In this document: piece after piece, positions 40,970 to 54,504 of the stretch
Layout of the letters: every line of letters starts with the position of its first letter
How positions within the stretch are numbered: the first letter of the stretch is position 1
Position numbers and translations under genes: made by a program
Assembly (NCBI GenBank): GCA_963721805.1
Contig: CAVRJY010000001.1
Span: 224,001-288,000, forward strand
Direction: 5' to 3'
DNA from: Nitrospirota bacterium
GTDB taxonomy: Bacteria > Nitrospirota > Thermodesulfovibrionia > Thermodesulfovibrionales > JdFR-86
DNA length: 64,000 bases
The notes under the pieces: generated by a model
Told to the model about the DNA's origin: nothing
Database searches by the model: none
Seen by the model: the letters and a program-made list of their open reading frames with translations, nothing else

Positions 40970-41425
40970 TCAGGGGGTAACAAGGCTGGATCCCATCAAT
41001 ACAGCATCCTCTGGCGGGGCATCGTAATAAGATACCCTCCTGCCCGTCTCCCTAAACCCGTGCGAGCCGTATAGCGCCCGCGCCGCGCCGTTGGATTCCC
41101 GCACCTCGAGGTGCACCGTCTTTACGCCGCGCGCCCGGAGTTCGTCCATCATGGCCCTCATCAGCGCCGATCCAATGCCGCGCCTCCGCGCCCTGGGCGA
41201 TACCGCTATCCTCAAGATCTCGGCCTCCTCGACGGCGACCACCCGGCATACCGCATAGCCCGCCAGCTCCCCGTCCGAGAGCGCCGCGAGGCAGACCGAC
41301 TCGGCCCGCCCGAGTTCGTCTCGGAACATCCACTCGGTCCATGGCATATGGAATACCGCGGCCTCGATCCCCATGACCTCGCCGAGCAGCGCCCCGTCGA
41401 GCCACTGAACGCTCAGGCTATTCAC
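40970..41425 (-). CDS. rimI: Ribosomal-protein-alanine N-acetyltransferase
   Basis: GNAT motifs RRRGIG, LEVRESN, YGSHGF, YY...EDA; directly downstream of tsaB. Confidence 0.9.
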   Translation of the reverse strand: MNSLSVQWLDGALLGEVMGIEAAVFHMPWTEWMFRDELGRAESVCLAALSDGELAGYAVCRVVAVEEAEILRIAVSPRARRRGIGSALMRAMMDELRARGVKTVHLEVRESNGAARALYGSHGFRETGRRVSYYDAPPEDAVLMGSSLVTP

Positions 41426-42114
41426 CGAGCCTCAGCTCCGCCTCGGACTTCCTTATGTACGCCGGGGCGAGACGCTCGCCGTCAGTGAACTCCCCGGCCA
41501 TCGCCCGCATCAGCCCCAGGTGCGCGAGCGCCGAGGGCGAGGGCACCGTCCGGTGCGGGGGCGCGTATACGGCCCTGCCGCCCAGCGCGGACTCAAATAC
41601 ATCCCTGTATATAAGCGCTGCCCTCTCCGGCCAGCACCACCGTCGCGCCGAGCCCCGCGAGCTTGGTCGCGAGCGCCCCGGGCGCATACGCGGCCTCGCC
41701 GATCACGCGCTCCAGGCCGCCCGGCGATACGCGATAGACCGCTGCGTAGACCTCTTTGCGCCGGGCGTCAAACGTAGGGCATACCAGAGCGCTTTCTGCC
41801 GCTCCCCAGGCCAGCGCCTCGAGCGACGAGACCCCGACCACGCGCGCGCCGGTCGCAAACGCTATGCCCTTGACCGTCGCTATCCCGATGCGCAGCCCCG
41901 TGAACGAGCCCGGCCCGACCGCCGCCACGAGGCAGCCGATATCCCCAAGCGTGAGCCCGCAGCGGCCCAGCACCGTGTCGACCTCGGCCATCAGCCGCTC
42001 GGAGTGCGATACGGCCTTGACGTTTAACCGGCTCTCGCCAAGGAGGCCCGCCTCGCTGTCCATTATCGCCACGCCCCCAAGCGTGCTCGACGTCTCTATA
42101 GCCAGCACCCTCAT
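41418..42114 (-). CDS. tsaB: t6A biosynthesis protein TsaB (apparent frameshift near 41620)
   Basis: LAIETS, HSERL, GPGSFTGLRIG, DARRKEVY, and C-terminal PAYIRKSEAE in another frame. Confidence 0.92.
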
Positions 42115-43322
42115 CCGCTCACTCTCCCTCCGCTGCGTATCCCCCACATTATGATCCCCGACGAGACGAAGCATACCGCCGAGGCTATATGCAGCGCCTG
42201 AACGGTGCCTATCGAGTCAGCGGCCGTGCCCATCACGTAGTTGCCTAACGGCGCCATGCCCAGGAAGGTGAGCGCGAATACGCTCATCATCCGGCCGCGC
42301 ATATTGTCCGGCGTATTGACCTGTATCGTCGTGTTCGCAAGCGCCATGAAGCTCACGACCGCAAACCCGGCCACGACCAGCGCGCAGAGCGAAAGCGCGT
42401 AGCGCGTCGATGACGCAAACGCAAACAGCGCCACCGGGAAGACGAGCGCCGCAATCGACATCGTCCGCCGCGTGTCCTTCATCTGCCCGGCCAGCGCCAG
42501 CGTCACCGCGGCCAGAAACGCCCCGGCCCCCAATGCCGAGGCCATAAACCCAAACCCCTTGGCCCCGACGCCCAGGACCTCCTCGGCCATCACCGGCAGC
42601 ATCGCGGAAAACGGCATCCCAAAGAGGCTGAACGCGCTGATCACGAGCACGGTCTTCCATATCGCGGGCTCACCGCGCATAAACCGCAGGCCGTCAGCGA
42701 TCTCCCCCAGCACGCTTCTGCCCGAGACGTGCGGCTCGCCGCTCGTCTTTATCATCCAGAGCGCGATCACCACGGGCACGAAGCTCAGCGCGTTAAGGTA
42801 AAAGCAGGCCGCAACGCCCATATAGCTTATCGCGAGCCCCGCGATCATCGGCCCTACCATGCGCGCCGCGTTGAATGAGGCCGAGTTCAGCGCTATCGCG
42901 TTCATCAGGTGGTTCTTCGTGACCATCTCGGCCATGAACGACTGCCGCGCCGGGATGTCGAATGCGTTCAGCGTCCCGAACAGCAGTGCCAGGCATATCA
43001 CCTGCCAGACCTGCACCACCCCGAGGCTCGTTAGAATGCCGACCGCTACCGCCGGCACGATCGAGAGCGCCTGCGTCACTAATAGCAGATTGCGCTTCGG
43101 GAGCCTGTCGGCCGCCACGCCGCCAAAGAGCGAGAGCAGCAGCACCGGCAGCGACGAGCAGGCCGCCACGACGCCCAGCCAGTAGGGCGAGCGCGTAAGC
43201 GAATAGACGAGCCAGCCCTGGGCCGTGGAATGCATCCAGGTGCCGGTGACGCTGATCGTCTGGCCCATCCAGAAGAGGCGGAAGTCCCTATACTCCAAGG
43301 CCATGAATTTCTTCTCGGACAT
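42111..43322 (-). CDS. MFS transporter (DUF894/MFS_3-like)
   Basis: FRLFWMGQTIS, GGVAADR, DIPARQSF, NAIALNS, MRGRMMS; about 12 TM segments. Confidence 0.9.
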   Translation of the reverse strand: MSEKKFMALEYRDFRLFWMGQTISVTGTWMHSTAQGWLVYSLTRSPYWLGVVAACSSLPVLLLSLFGGVAADRLPKRNLLLVTQALSIVPAVAVGILTSLGVVQVWQVICLALLFGTLNAFDIPARQSFMAEMVTKNHLMNAIALNSASFNAARMVGPMIAGLAISYMGVAACFYLNALSFVPVVIALWMIKTSGEPHVSGRSVLGEIADGLRFMRGEPAIWKTVLVISAFSLFGMPFSAMLPVMAEEVLGVGAKGFGFMASALGAGAFLAAVTLALAGQMKDTRRTMSIAALVFPVALFAFASSTRYALSLCALVVAGFAVVSFMALANTTIQVNTPDNMRGRMMSVFALTFLGMAPLGNYVMGTAADSIGTVQALHIASAVCFVSSGIIMWGIRSGGRVSG

Positions 43323-43528
43323 AAGCTTATATTTTACACCGTTCGCTTTCTTCAAAGCGCGCCAAATCGCTTGATACGTCGTTGGGCTTCAAAGACTCGC
43401 CCTCTATGTACGCGCAAGTACACCATCGGACGTTTTCCTCGCCGTTCCTTGTCTGAAGACGATTTCTCGCACTTTAAGGTTCTCATGCATAATCGTGCGA
43501 GCGGTCAACGGCATGACTGGAAAAGGCA

Positions 43529-43713
43529 TGTTCGGATGCGCTCGCTTAGGTATAGTTACGCACATCGCGCGCGTGCGCGCGCGTTTTTGCCATTTTTGTT
43601 CGGATGTCGAAGACAAAAACGGGACTAACCATGCGGAAAACAATGTTTTATTGATTTGCCCTTGTTCGGATGTTCGGATGTTTTGCCCCAGAATCAGGCC
43701 GTTTGTTCGGATG
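43529..43713. repeat. Five direct copies of TGTTCGGATG (iteron-like array)
   Basis: Copies at 43529, 43597, 43663, 43671 and 43704 in a ~590-bp intergenic region. Confidence 0.8.
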
Positions 43714-43911
43714 CCGTCAAACGCCCGGCGCAGTCCCGTTTCGTTGCCGCTTCGACCCTCCAAATATGTCCTCACATGCACCATGCCGTATTGAATCACA
43801 GCGCCATACCGGAAGTCGATAGCATTTATAAACACAGGTTTATATGTTTGAAAATAAAGTTTCCGCCCGTGCGTTTTCGACTAACTTTGGTTAGTGATAT
43901 GAGGAGTTCTG

Positions 43912-45198
43912 CTATCGTCTGAGGCGGTTTCGCAGGGCGAAGACGAAAAGGAGGGTTTGTGCGTAGACGAGGAGGAAGAAGAAAACCCTTACAATGCGTC
44001 CAAAGGGATTTGTGGCTGCAATCGTGTAGAGGGGCTCGCGCTGGAGTGTCAGAAACTCTAAAGCCGCAGCTGTAACTGTTGATAAGGTAATTAGTGCAGG
44101 CTGATGAGAAACCGTATGCTCTATGCCTACACAGCCGAAAGCCATCAAGGATATAACAAAAATAATAAGCAAGGCCAAGGCAGCACGAAAGGGGTTTCCC
44201 CCGTATCCGCTTGACAAGTTATAGAGCGAAAGCGTACTCATATCAAAGTATTTCTTGAGAGACCACCATATCTTGCTTGAGCGCTTTATTCCCTCAGGAG
44301 GATTCATCAGACGCGTCCGTTTGGTGAGCATAAGTTTTTCACTGGCATGGAATAGTCCGGCCATGCCTTCATTGTGCATCTCCTTATGCCTCTGTTTCAG
44401 CGTCCTATAAATCTCCTCTGCTTGTTTAATCTGTTTGTCGTTGTTGTATTTAATTAACCTTGGCTCATCACTGATTACTAGGCGACCTTTGTCAGTTTTG
44501 TCATCCCACGAGCAGTGCTCAAACCGCATCTTGTCCATCTCTGCTCCATCGAGAAGAACATGCTTGAAATCTACTCCTTTAAACCTCACCTCTTCGTCAA
44601 CTGTAAGTCCGTTGAGATCCGCCTCGCCAAGGAAGGTATCTCCGAGGAAATGAACTCTCTTGAATTTAGCGCCTAAATCAACGTGGCCTTTGAACTCTGC
44701 CTCTCTGAAATCAGCGTCCTCGCCGAATTTAGCATAATTAAAGTAAACACTTCCTCCGAACTTAGCGAAACTGAAGTCAGCATTTTCGTCGAACTTGGTT
44801 CCAATAAAGTCAGTGTTCTCGCCGAATATGGCCGCAAAGAAGTTAGCATTTTTGCCGAACGTGGCCTCACTAAAGTTACCATACACACCGAACTTGGCCT
44901 CTCTGAAATTAGCGTTCTCAGCAAACTTGGCTTGACCGAAGCTTACAGAAGGAAGTTTCTTGTAAGAGAAATCTATATCGCCCGGGAAAACAGTACCGTC
45001 AAATTCGCATAACGTATTATTTAGCATGGCGTTTTCGAGTTTTTGAAAAACATTTCGATTGAATATCCCAATAGATTTCTCTTGTTTATACTCCCTTGGC
45101 GCATGATAAATACAGTAGTGATTACCACCACAATTATTGTTGACAGGGATATTCTCTTGTCCACACCAATCATACCCAGCGGCGCATTTGTTGCTCAT
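43912..45198 (-). CDS. Pentapeptide-repeat protein with C-terminal two-TM channel-like module
   Basis: CIYH N-terminus, repeated AKFGENADF units, GYGGNPFRA followed by TM helices; AT-rich. Confidence 0.82.
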   Translation of the reverse strand: MSNKCAAGYDWCGQENIPVNNNCGGNHYCIYHAPREYKQEKSIGIFNRNVFQKLENAMLNNTLCEFDGTVFPGDIDFSYKKLPSVSFGQAKFAENANFREAKFGVYGNFSEATFGKNANFFAAIFGENTDFIGTKFDENADFSFAKFGGSVYFNYAKFGEDADFREAEFKGHVDLGAKFKRVHFLGDTFLGEADLNGLTVDEEVRFKGVDFKHVLLDGAEMDKMRFEHCSWDDKTDKGRLVISDEPRLIKYNNDKQIKQAEEIYRTLKQRHKEMHNEGMAGLFHASEKLMLTKRTRLMNPPEGIKRSSKIWWSLKKYFDMSTLSLYNLSSGYGGNPFRAALALLIIFVISLMAFGCVGIEHTVSHQPALITLSTVTAAALEFLTLQREPLYTIAATNPFGRIVRVFFFLLVYAQTLLFVFALRNRLRR

Positions 45199-45236
45199 GC
45201 TCCCTATTATACCCCACGCGGTTGTGAAGGGTTTTC

Positions 45237-45301
45237 AGGGGACGGAGTCCCTTGGTGAGCGGGGTCTTGTCCGCGAATAGGAGCCCGGGGGCGCTGCCCC
45301 C
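45237..45301. repeat. REP-like GC hairpins
   Basis: aggggac-gga-gtccctt and gggggc-gct-gccccc. Confidence 0.55.
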
Positions 45302-45343
45302 CTTTTGTTTGCGGAGGATGGCGGCCCTATGGTAGGCTTAGAC

Positions 45344-45595
45344 ATGAAGGCCGGGCACAAGATAACGCTTGAGATACCTGACGATGTATTTAAGGGCATC
45401 GCGGCATTCAGGGAGCGGGCGCACATAAGCGATGACAAGACCGCTGTGTTCGAGCTTGTGAAGTATGCCCTGACGCTGCCGCCGTATTTTAAGGGGTTCG
45501 ATTGGGAGAAGGCCGAAAAAGAGGCCGATGCGGACATTGCGGCGGGAAGGGTGAAATCGTTTTCGTCGGTCGATGAATTTTTAGCTGATCTTTAG
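45344..45595 (+). CDS. Putative type II antitoxin
   Basis: RHH-like N-terminus (KITLEIPDDV) and C-terminal EADADIAAGRVKSFSSVDEFLADL, typical of RelE/ParE-type partners. Confidence 0.65.
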   Translation: MKAGHKITLEIPDDVFKGIAAFRERAHISDDKTAVFELVKYALTLPPYFKGFDWEKAEKEADADIAAGRVKSFSSVDEFLADL

Positions 45596-45597
45596 GC

Positions 45598-45655
45598 ATG
45601 AGGGTAGCATCGCCGATTCATTCAAAAAGGACTTGCAATGCCTCTCCGCATTATC
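45598..45655 (+). pseudogene. Remnant of a RelE/YafQ-like toxin N-terminus
   Basis: ATG 2 nt after the antitoxin stop; MRV then (shifted) IADSFKKDLQCLS; similarity is lost thereafter. Confidence 0.4.
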
Positions 45656-45707
45656 TCTTGCGTCGAATCGGCCCGCACGACGATGTCCTGAATAAACCAT
45701 AAAACAC

Positions 45708-46100
45708 ATGCTTATCCATGCATACATATCGGAGCTTGAGCCTGACAGCATCGTGCTTAGGCTCCTCAACGAGATCGCGATGGTGATTCAGCTTCCGCTG
45801 ACGCCGTATCTTAGCGGGCCTCATAGCATGGTCATCCACTACCTCGAGGACTACAGGGCGCGCAGGGCGATCTCAAAGACGAGCATCGACGCGGTGCCGT
45901 TCTCGAAAGAACTCCTGCTGGCCCGGAAGATAAGCAAGCTCCATGAGACCGAGATTTACACTTTATGCCACGAAATCGCGATGTTGCATGGCTCGGGGGT
46001 CGAGAAAGTCGCGGGCCACACCCTGTATGTCTTCCTCGATCAATACCTCAAAAAGAAAAAGAAAAAGCCGCCAGTTCCGCCCGGATACGCGCTACCCTGA
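45708..46100 (+). CDS. Hypothetical protein
   Basis: 130-aa ORF with plausible codon usage; no recognised motif. Confidence 0.5.
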   Translation: MLIHAYISELEPDSIVLRLLNEIAMVIQLPLTPYLSGPHSMVIHYLEDYRARRAISKTSIDAVPFSKELLLARKISKLHETEIYTLCHEIAMLHGSGVEKVAGHTLYVFLDQYLKKKKKKPPVPPGYALP

Positions 46101-46239
46101 TTTAAAAAGCCCCGAAGCCGCCTTAGCCCCTTGCTTTTTTTCTTTATCTTTAGGTATAGTTACCCTCCACTTAACGGGGCGTATTACGTTAGCTGGAGAA
46201 GGGCCAGTTGGCCTTTAGTAAGAGGGCCTCATGGCCCCC

Positions 46240-46269
46240 TTGACAGGGATTATTAATTTCTGTTAGTAT
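46240..46269 (+). promoter_or_regulatory. Promoter of the str operon
   Basis: TTGACA-N18-TAGTAT with extended TG; ctccgc/gcggag hairpin in the leader. Confidence 0.65.
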
Positions 46270-46343
46270 CGTTCTTTGCTCCGCTGACTGGGCGGAGTGG
46301 AACATTTGACAAACGGGCTTCACCCAAGGAGGATGGCAAGACA

Positions 46344-46715
46344 GTGCCTACGATATCACAGCTTGTAAAGTACGGCAGGAAAGCGGTCACGGTTAAGACC
46401 AAGAGCCCGGCCATGAAGGATTGTCCCCAGAAGCGCGGGGTCTGTCTCAGGGTCTACACCACGACTCCGAAGAAGCCCAACTCGGCCCTCCGCAAAGTAG
46501 CCCGTCTCCGCCTCACCAACCAGATAGAAGTCACCGCATACATCCCTGGCGTCGGTCACAATCTCCAGGAGCACTCCATAGTAATGATCCGCGGCGGCAA
46601 GGTCAAGGACCTTCCCGGCGTGCGCTATCACATAATCCGAGGCACCCTCGACGCGTCCGGCGTTGCCAACCGTCGCAGGGGCAGGTCGAAGTACGGAGCG
46701 AAGAGGCCCAAGTAA
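46344..46715 (+). CDS. rpsL: 30S ribosomal protein S12
   Basis: [21 protein letters not shown]. Confidence 0.99.
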   Translation: MPTISQLVKYGRKAVTVKTKSPAMKDCPQKRGVCLRVYTTTPKKPNSALRKVARLRLTNQIEVTAYIPGVGHNLQEHSIVMIRGGKVKDLPGVRYHIIRGTLDASGVANRRRGRSKYGAKRPK

Positions 46716-47185
46716 TGCCAAGAAGAAGAGTAGTCGCCAAGAGAGAGATACTGCCCGATCCGAAGTTCGGAAGCGTGGTCGTCAGCAAGTTCATCAACAT
46801 AATGATGGAAGACGGCAAGCGCGCCACGGCCGAGGCCATATGCTACGACGCCCTGGACGCCCTGGCCGAGAAGACCGGCGGAGACCCGCTTAAGTCCTTC
46901 AAGACCGCCCTTGACAACGTCAAGCCCGCGATCGAGGTCAAGCCCCGCCGCGTCGGCGGCGCGACCTACCAGGTACCGGTCGAGATCAGGCCCACGAGGC
47001 GCACCGCGCTGGCCTTCAGGTGGCTCATCACCTACTCGCGCGCACGCGCCGAGAAGACCATGAGCAAGAAGCTCGCTGGCGAGCTCATCGACGCGTTCAA
47101 CAACACCGGCTCTTCTGTCAAGAAGCGCGAAGACACCCATAGAATGGCCGACGCCAACAAGGCGTTCGCGCACTACAGGTGGTAG
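46715..47185 (+). CDS. rpsG: 30S ribosomal protein S7
   Basis: [26 protein letters not shown]. Confidence 0.99.
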   Translation: MPRRRVVAKREILPDPKFGSVVVSKFINIMMEDGKRATAEAICYDALDALAEKTGGDPLKSFKTALDNVKPAIEVKPRRVGGATYQVPVEIRPTRRTALAFRWLITYSRARAEKTMSKKLAGELIDAFNNTGSSVKKREDTHRMADANKAFAHYRW

Positions 47186-47191
47186 GCAGAA

Positions 47192-49275
<2,084 letters not shown>

Positions 49276-49308
49276 CCCCGGCAGGCATATAACAGGAGGA
49301 CTGTTACT

Positions 49309-50508
<1,200 letters not shown>

Positions 50509-50524
50509 GCGAAGAAGAAGGCGG

Positions 50525-50826
<302 letters not shown>

Positions 50827-50830
<4 letters not shown>

Positions 50831-51441
50831 CCGGCATAGTGGGAAAGAAACTGGGCATGACCCAGATATTCGCCGAGGACGGCACTGTGGTACCGGTGAC
50901 CGTTATCGAGGCGCAGCCAGGCTGTGTCGTTCAGGTGAAGACCAAGGTCAAGGACGGCTACGAGGCCGTCCAGATCGGGTTCTTCGAGGAGAAGAGGGAG
51001 AGCCGCATGAACAAGCCCGCGCTCGGGACTTTCAAGAAGCGCGGCTTAAAACCCTACCGCAAGCTCGTGGAGTTCAAGATGGAGGGCCTCGCCCAGGGCG
51101 ATGCGCTCACCGTCGAGAGGTTCCAGAAGGGCGACATGGTTGACGTCACCTCGACCTCGATAGGCAAGGGTTTCCAGGGCGTCATGAAGCGTCACAACTT
51201 CAGGGGCGGCCCCGGCGGCCACGGTTCGATGTTCAACCGCGCCCCCGGCTCCATCGGCGCGAGCTCGTATCCCTCGAGGGTATGGCTCGGGCAGAAGATG
51301 GCCGGCCACATGGGATGCGACACCGTGACGGTGAAAAACCTTAAGATCGTCGACGTCAGGCCGGACCAGAACCTCATCCTCATCCGGGGTGCGGTGGCGG
51401 GCTCGCAGGGCGCGATCGTCGAAATCAGGAAGGACGGTTAG
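50827..51441 (+). CDS. rplC: 50S ribosomal protein L3
   Basis: [18 protein letters not shown]. Confidence 0.98.
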
Positions 51442-51448
51442 AGGGGAC

Positions 51449-52081
51449 ATGCCTGAGATCGTCATAAAAGATAAAAAGAATCAGGACGCCGGCAGGATGA
51501 CCGTAAGCGACGAGCGCTTCGGGCTTCTCGGCAAGGGCTCGCTCGTGCACGGCTCGGTCATAAATTTCCTGGCCAACCAGAGGCAGGGCACCCACGCCAC
51601 GAAGACCAAGGGCCTCGTAAGCGGCGGCGGCAAGAAGCCCTGGAAGCAGAAGGGCACCGGGCGCGCCCGAAGCGGCAGCAGCCGTTCCCCGATATGGCGC
51701 GGCGGCGGCACGATGTTCGGCCCCCAGCCCAGGGACTATTCGTACGAGATGCCCAAGAGGCAGCGCAAGCAGGCCCTTTACGCGGCCCTCTCCGAGCGGC
51801 TCAACGCCGGTGACATCGTCGTGGTGGACTCCATCGCGGTCGACGCCCCAAAGACGAAGAGCGTCATCGAGGTGCTAAGCGGGCTCGGACTTAACGGGGT
51901 CGTGAGCATACTCATGGTCGTCGACAAGGCGGACAAGAACCTTCTTCTGTCGGCCCGCAACATACCGGGGCTGACGGTGCGCTCGGCCGGCGAGCTTAAC
52001 GCATACGACGTGATGGCCCCCCGCAAGATGGTCGTCACGAAGGCCGCCGTCGAGGCGCTGGAAGCAGGGGTGCAGGCATGA
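51449..52081 (+). CDS. rplD: 50S ribosomal protein L4
   Basis: KPWKQKGTGRAR, GGGTMFGP. Confidence 0.98.
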   Translation: MPEIVIKDKKNQDAGRMTVSDERFGLLGKGSLVHGSVINFLANQRQGTHATKTKGLVSGGGKKPWKQKGTGRARSGSSRSPIWRGGGTMFGPQPRDYSYEMPKRQRKQALYAALSERLNAGDIVVVDSIAVDAPKTKSVIEVLSGLGLNGVVSILMVVDKADKNLLLSARNIPGLTVRSAGELNAYDVMAPRKMVVTKAAVEALEAGVQA

Positions 52082-52368
52082 AGAGCGTATACGACGTGAT
52101 AAAGGGCCCGCTGTTTACCGAGAAGGGCACCCAGATGAAGGAGACCGACAACAAGGTCCTCGTATCGGTCGCTACGGGCGCGAACAAGCAGGAGATAAAG
52201 CAGGCCGTCGAGGCTATCTTCAAGGTCAAGGTCGAAGGCGTGGCGACCATTAACGTCCGCCCGAGGGACAAGAGATACGGGAAGTTCACGGGCAAGACGG
52301 CCAGGTCAAAGAAGGCCATCATAACGCTTAAGCCGGGCGAAAAGCTCGAATTCATAGAGGGTGCATAG
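52078..52368 (+). CDS. rplW: 50S ribosomal protein L23
   Basis: PLFTEK, ANKQEIKQAVE, KKAIITL. Confidence 0.97.
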   Translation: MKSVYDVIKGPLFTEKGTQMKETDNKVLVSVATGANKQEIKQAVEAIFKVKVEGVATINVRPRDKRYGKFTGKTARSKKAIITLKPGEKLEFIEGA

Positions 52369-52370
52369 AG

Positions 52371-53196
52371 ATGGGCGTAAGGAAATTTAAACCGACATCA
52401 CCAGGCAGAAGGTTCCAGTCTTGCGTCGGACTTCTCGGAGGTAACGACCGACAAGCCGTACGCGCCGCTTTGCGTCCCCAACAAGAAGGACCGGCGGCCG
52501 CTGCAACACCGGCCGCATCACCGTCAGGTTCCGTGGCGGCGGCACCAGCCCCGCATACCGTATCGTTGACTTCAAGCGCGACAAGGCCGGCATACCGGCC
52601 AAGGTCGCGACGATCGAGTACGACCCGAACCGCTCGGCGCGCATCGCTCTGCTGAACTACGCCGACGGCGAGAAGCGCTACATACTCGCCCCGGTCGGGC
52701 TCGGCGTGGGCGACACGGTGCTTTCGGGCCCCGGCTGCGAGATCAAGGCCGGGAAACTCGCTCCCGCTTAAGCGAGATGCCACTCGGCACGTTCATACAT
52801 AACATCGAGCTCCGCCCCAACGGCGGGGCCAAGATAGCACGCGCCGCGGGCACGAGCGCACAGCTCGTGGCCAAGGAAGGCACGTGGGCGCAGGTCAAGC
52901 TCGGCTCCGGCGAGGTCCGCAAGGTCCCCGTCGAGTGCAAGGCGACTGTCGGACAGGTCGGCAACGCCGAGTACGAGAACATATCGCTCGGCAAGGCCGG
53001 ACGCACGCGCTATAAAGGTCACAGGCCGCACGTCAGGGGCGTCGTCATGAACCCCGTCGACCACCCTCTGGGCGGCGGCGAGGGCAAGAGCTCCGGCGGA
53101 CGTCCGCCGTGCTCGCCCTGGGGCAAGCCCGAGGGAGTCAGGACCCGCAAGAACAAGCGGACCGACCAGTTCATAGTCAAGAGAAGAAAGAAGTAA
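52371..53196 (+). CDS. rplB: 50S ribosomal protein L2 (several apparent indels, ~52420-52760)
   Basis: [21 protein letters not shown] (off-frame), [17 protein letters not shown]. Confidence 0.95.
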
Positions 53197-53211
53197 GGAG
53201 GGTTTTCCAAG

Positions 53212-53488
53212 GTGCCTAGGTCTCTAAAAAAAGGTCCGTTCGTGGACGAGAAGGTCATGAAGAAGGCCACCAAGATGGTCGAGTCCGGTGAGAAGAAGAT
53301 CATCAAGACGTGGTCGCGCCGCTCCACCGTGTTGCCGGACTTCATCGGCCTTACATTCGCCGTCCACAACGGCAAGAAATTCATACCGGTCTATGTGACC
53401 GAGAACATGGTCGGGCATAAGCTCGGGGAGTTCTCGCCGACCCGCACGTTCAGAGGGTCACGCGGGCTCCGAGAAGAAAGGGAAGTAA
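53212..53488 (+). CDS. rpsS: 30S ribosomal protein S19 (extra G near 53456)
   Basis: [19 protein letters not shown]; removing one G gives [12 protein letters not shown] then TAA. Confidence 0.96.
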
Positions 53489-53490
53489 CC

Positions 53491-53820
53491 GTGCTCTCTA
53501 AGGCGATACATAAATATGCGCGGGTGACCCCCAGGAAGGCCCGCAGGGTCGCGGACCTCATCAGGGGCAAGCACGCCGGCGAGGCGATGCTCTCGCTAAG
53601 GTTCATGCCGTACAGGGCCGCCAGGCTGCTGGAGAAGGTCCTTAAGTCCGCCATGAGCAACGCGGAGAACAAAAAGACCGTGGACGCCGAAGGGCTCCGC
53701 ATATCGGCCGTGTTCGTCGACTGCGGCCCTTCGATGAAGCGGATGATGCCGCGGGCCATGGGCCGCGCGACCGTCATCAAAAAGCGGACATCGCACATAA
53801 CGCTTCAGCTTTCCGAATAG
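53491..53820 (+). CDS. rplV: 50S ribosomal protein L22
   Basis: [28 protein letters not shown]. Confidence 0.97.
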   Translation: MLSKAIHKYARVTPRKARRVADLIRGKHAGEAMLSLRFMPYRAARLLEKVLKSAMSNAENKKTVDAEGLRISAVFVDCGPSMKRMMPRAMGRATVIKKRTSHITLQLSE

Positions 53821-53846
53821 CGCGAACAGGGAGAGGAGATCTAGCC

Positions 53847-54498
53847 TTGGGGCAGAAGACGCATCCGATAGGAAACAGATTAGGGCATAACCCGCACGTG
53901 GGACTCCCGCTGGTTTGCGAAAAAGGACTTCGCCAATTTCCTGGTCGAGGACTTCAACATTCGCAAATACATCAAGCGGAGGCTTTACCACGCCGGCGTC
54001 AGCAAGATCGACGTCGAGCGCATGGGCCAGAAGGTCCGCGTGGCGATATTCACGGCGAGGCCGGGCATCGTGATCGGCAAGAAGGGCGCCGAGGCCGAGA
54101 AGCTCCGCAAGGAGATCGAGGCATACACGGGCAAGGAAGTCGCCGTGGACATAAAGGAAGTCAGGAAGCCCGAGATCGACGCGCAGCTCGTGGCCGAGAA
54201 CATAGCGATGCAGCTTGAGAAGCGCGTCGCGTTCCGCCGCGCCATGAAGAAGGCCGTCGCATCTGCCCAGCGTTTCGGCGCCCAGGGCATCAAGGTCATG
54301 TGCTCAGGCCGCCTGGCCGGGGCCGAGATAGCGCGCACCGAGTGGTACCGCGAGGGCCGCGTGCCCCTGCACACCTTCCGCGCCGACATAGACTACGGCT
54401 TCGGCGAGGCGCGCACGACGTACGGGGTCATCGGCGTGAAGGTATGGATCTACAACGGCGACATCCTGCCCGAGGGCAGCACCGCCGTGGGGGTATAG
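53847..54498 (+). CDS. rpsC: 30S ribosomal protein S3 (extra G near 53884)
   Basis: [32 protein letters not shown]. Confidence 0.97.
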
Positions 54499-54504
54499 TT
54501 CGCC

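Noticed and set aside
43404..43835. 143-aa and overlapping ORFs in the iteron-like region
   Set aside because: Atypical composition, mutually overlapping, no motifs; more likely non-coding or a relic.
46590..46610. S12 GGKVKD instead of GGRVKD as a streptomycin-resistance allele
   Set aside because: Conservative change with the canonical Lys residues intact; no basis for a phenotype claim.
53212..53820. Apparent S19-L22 fusion protein (202 aa)
   Set aside because: One extra G at about 53456; removing it restores the normal S19 end, a TAA stop and a separate GTG start for L22.
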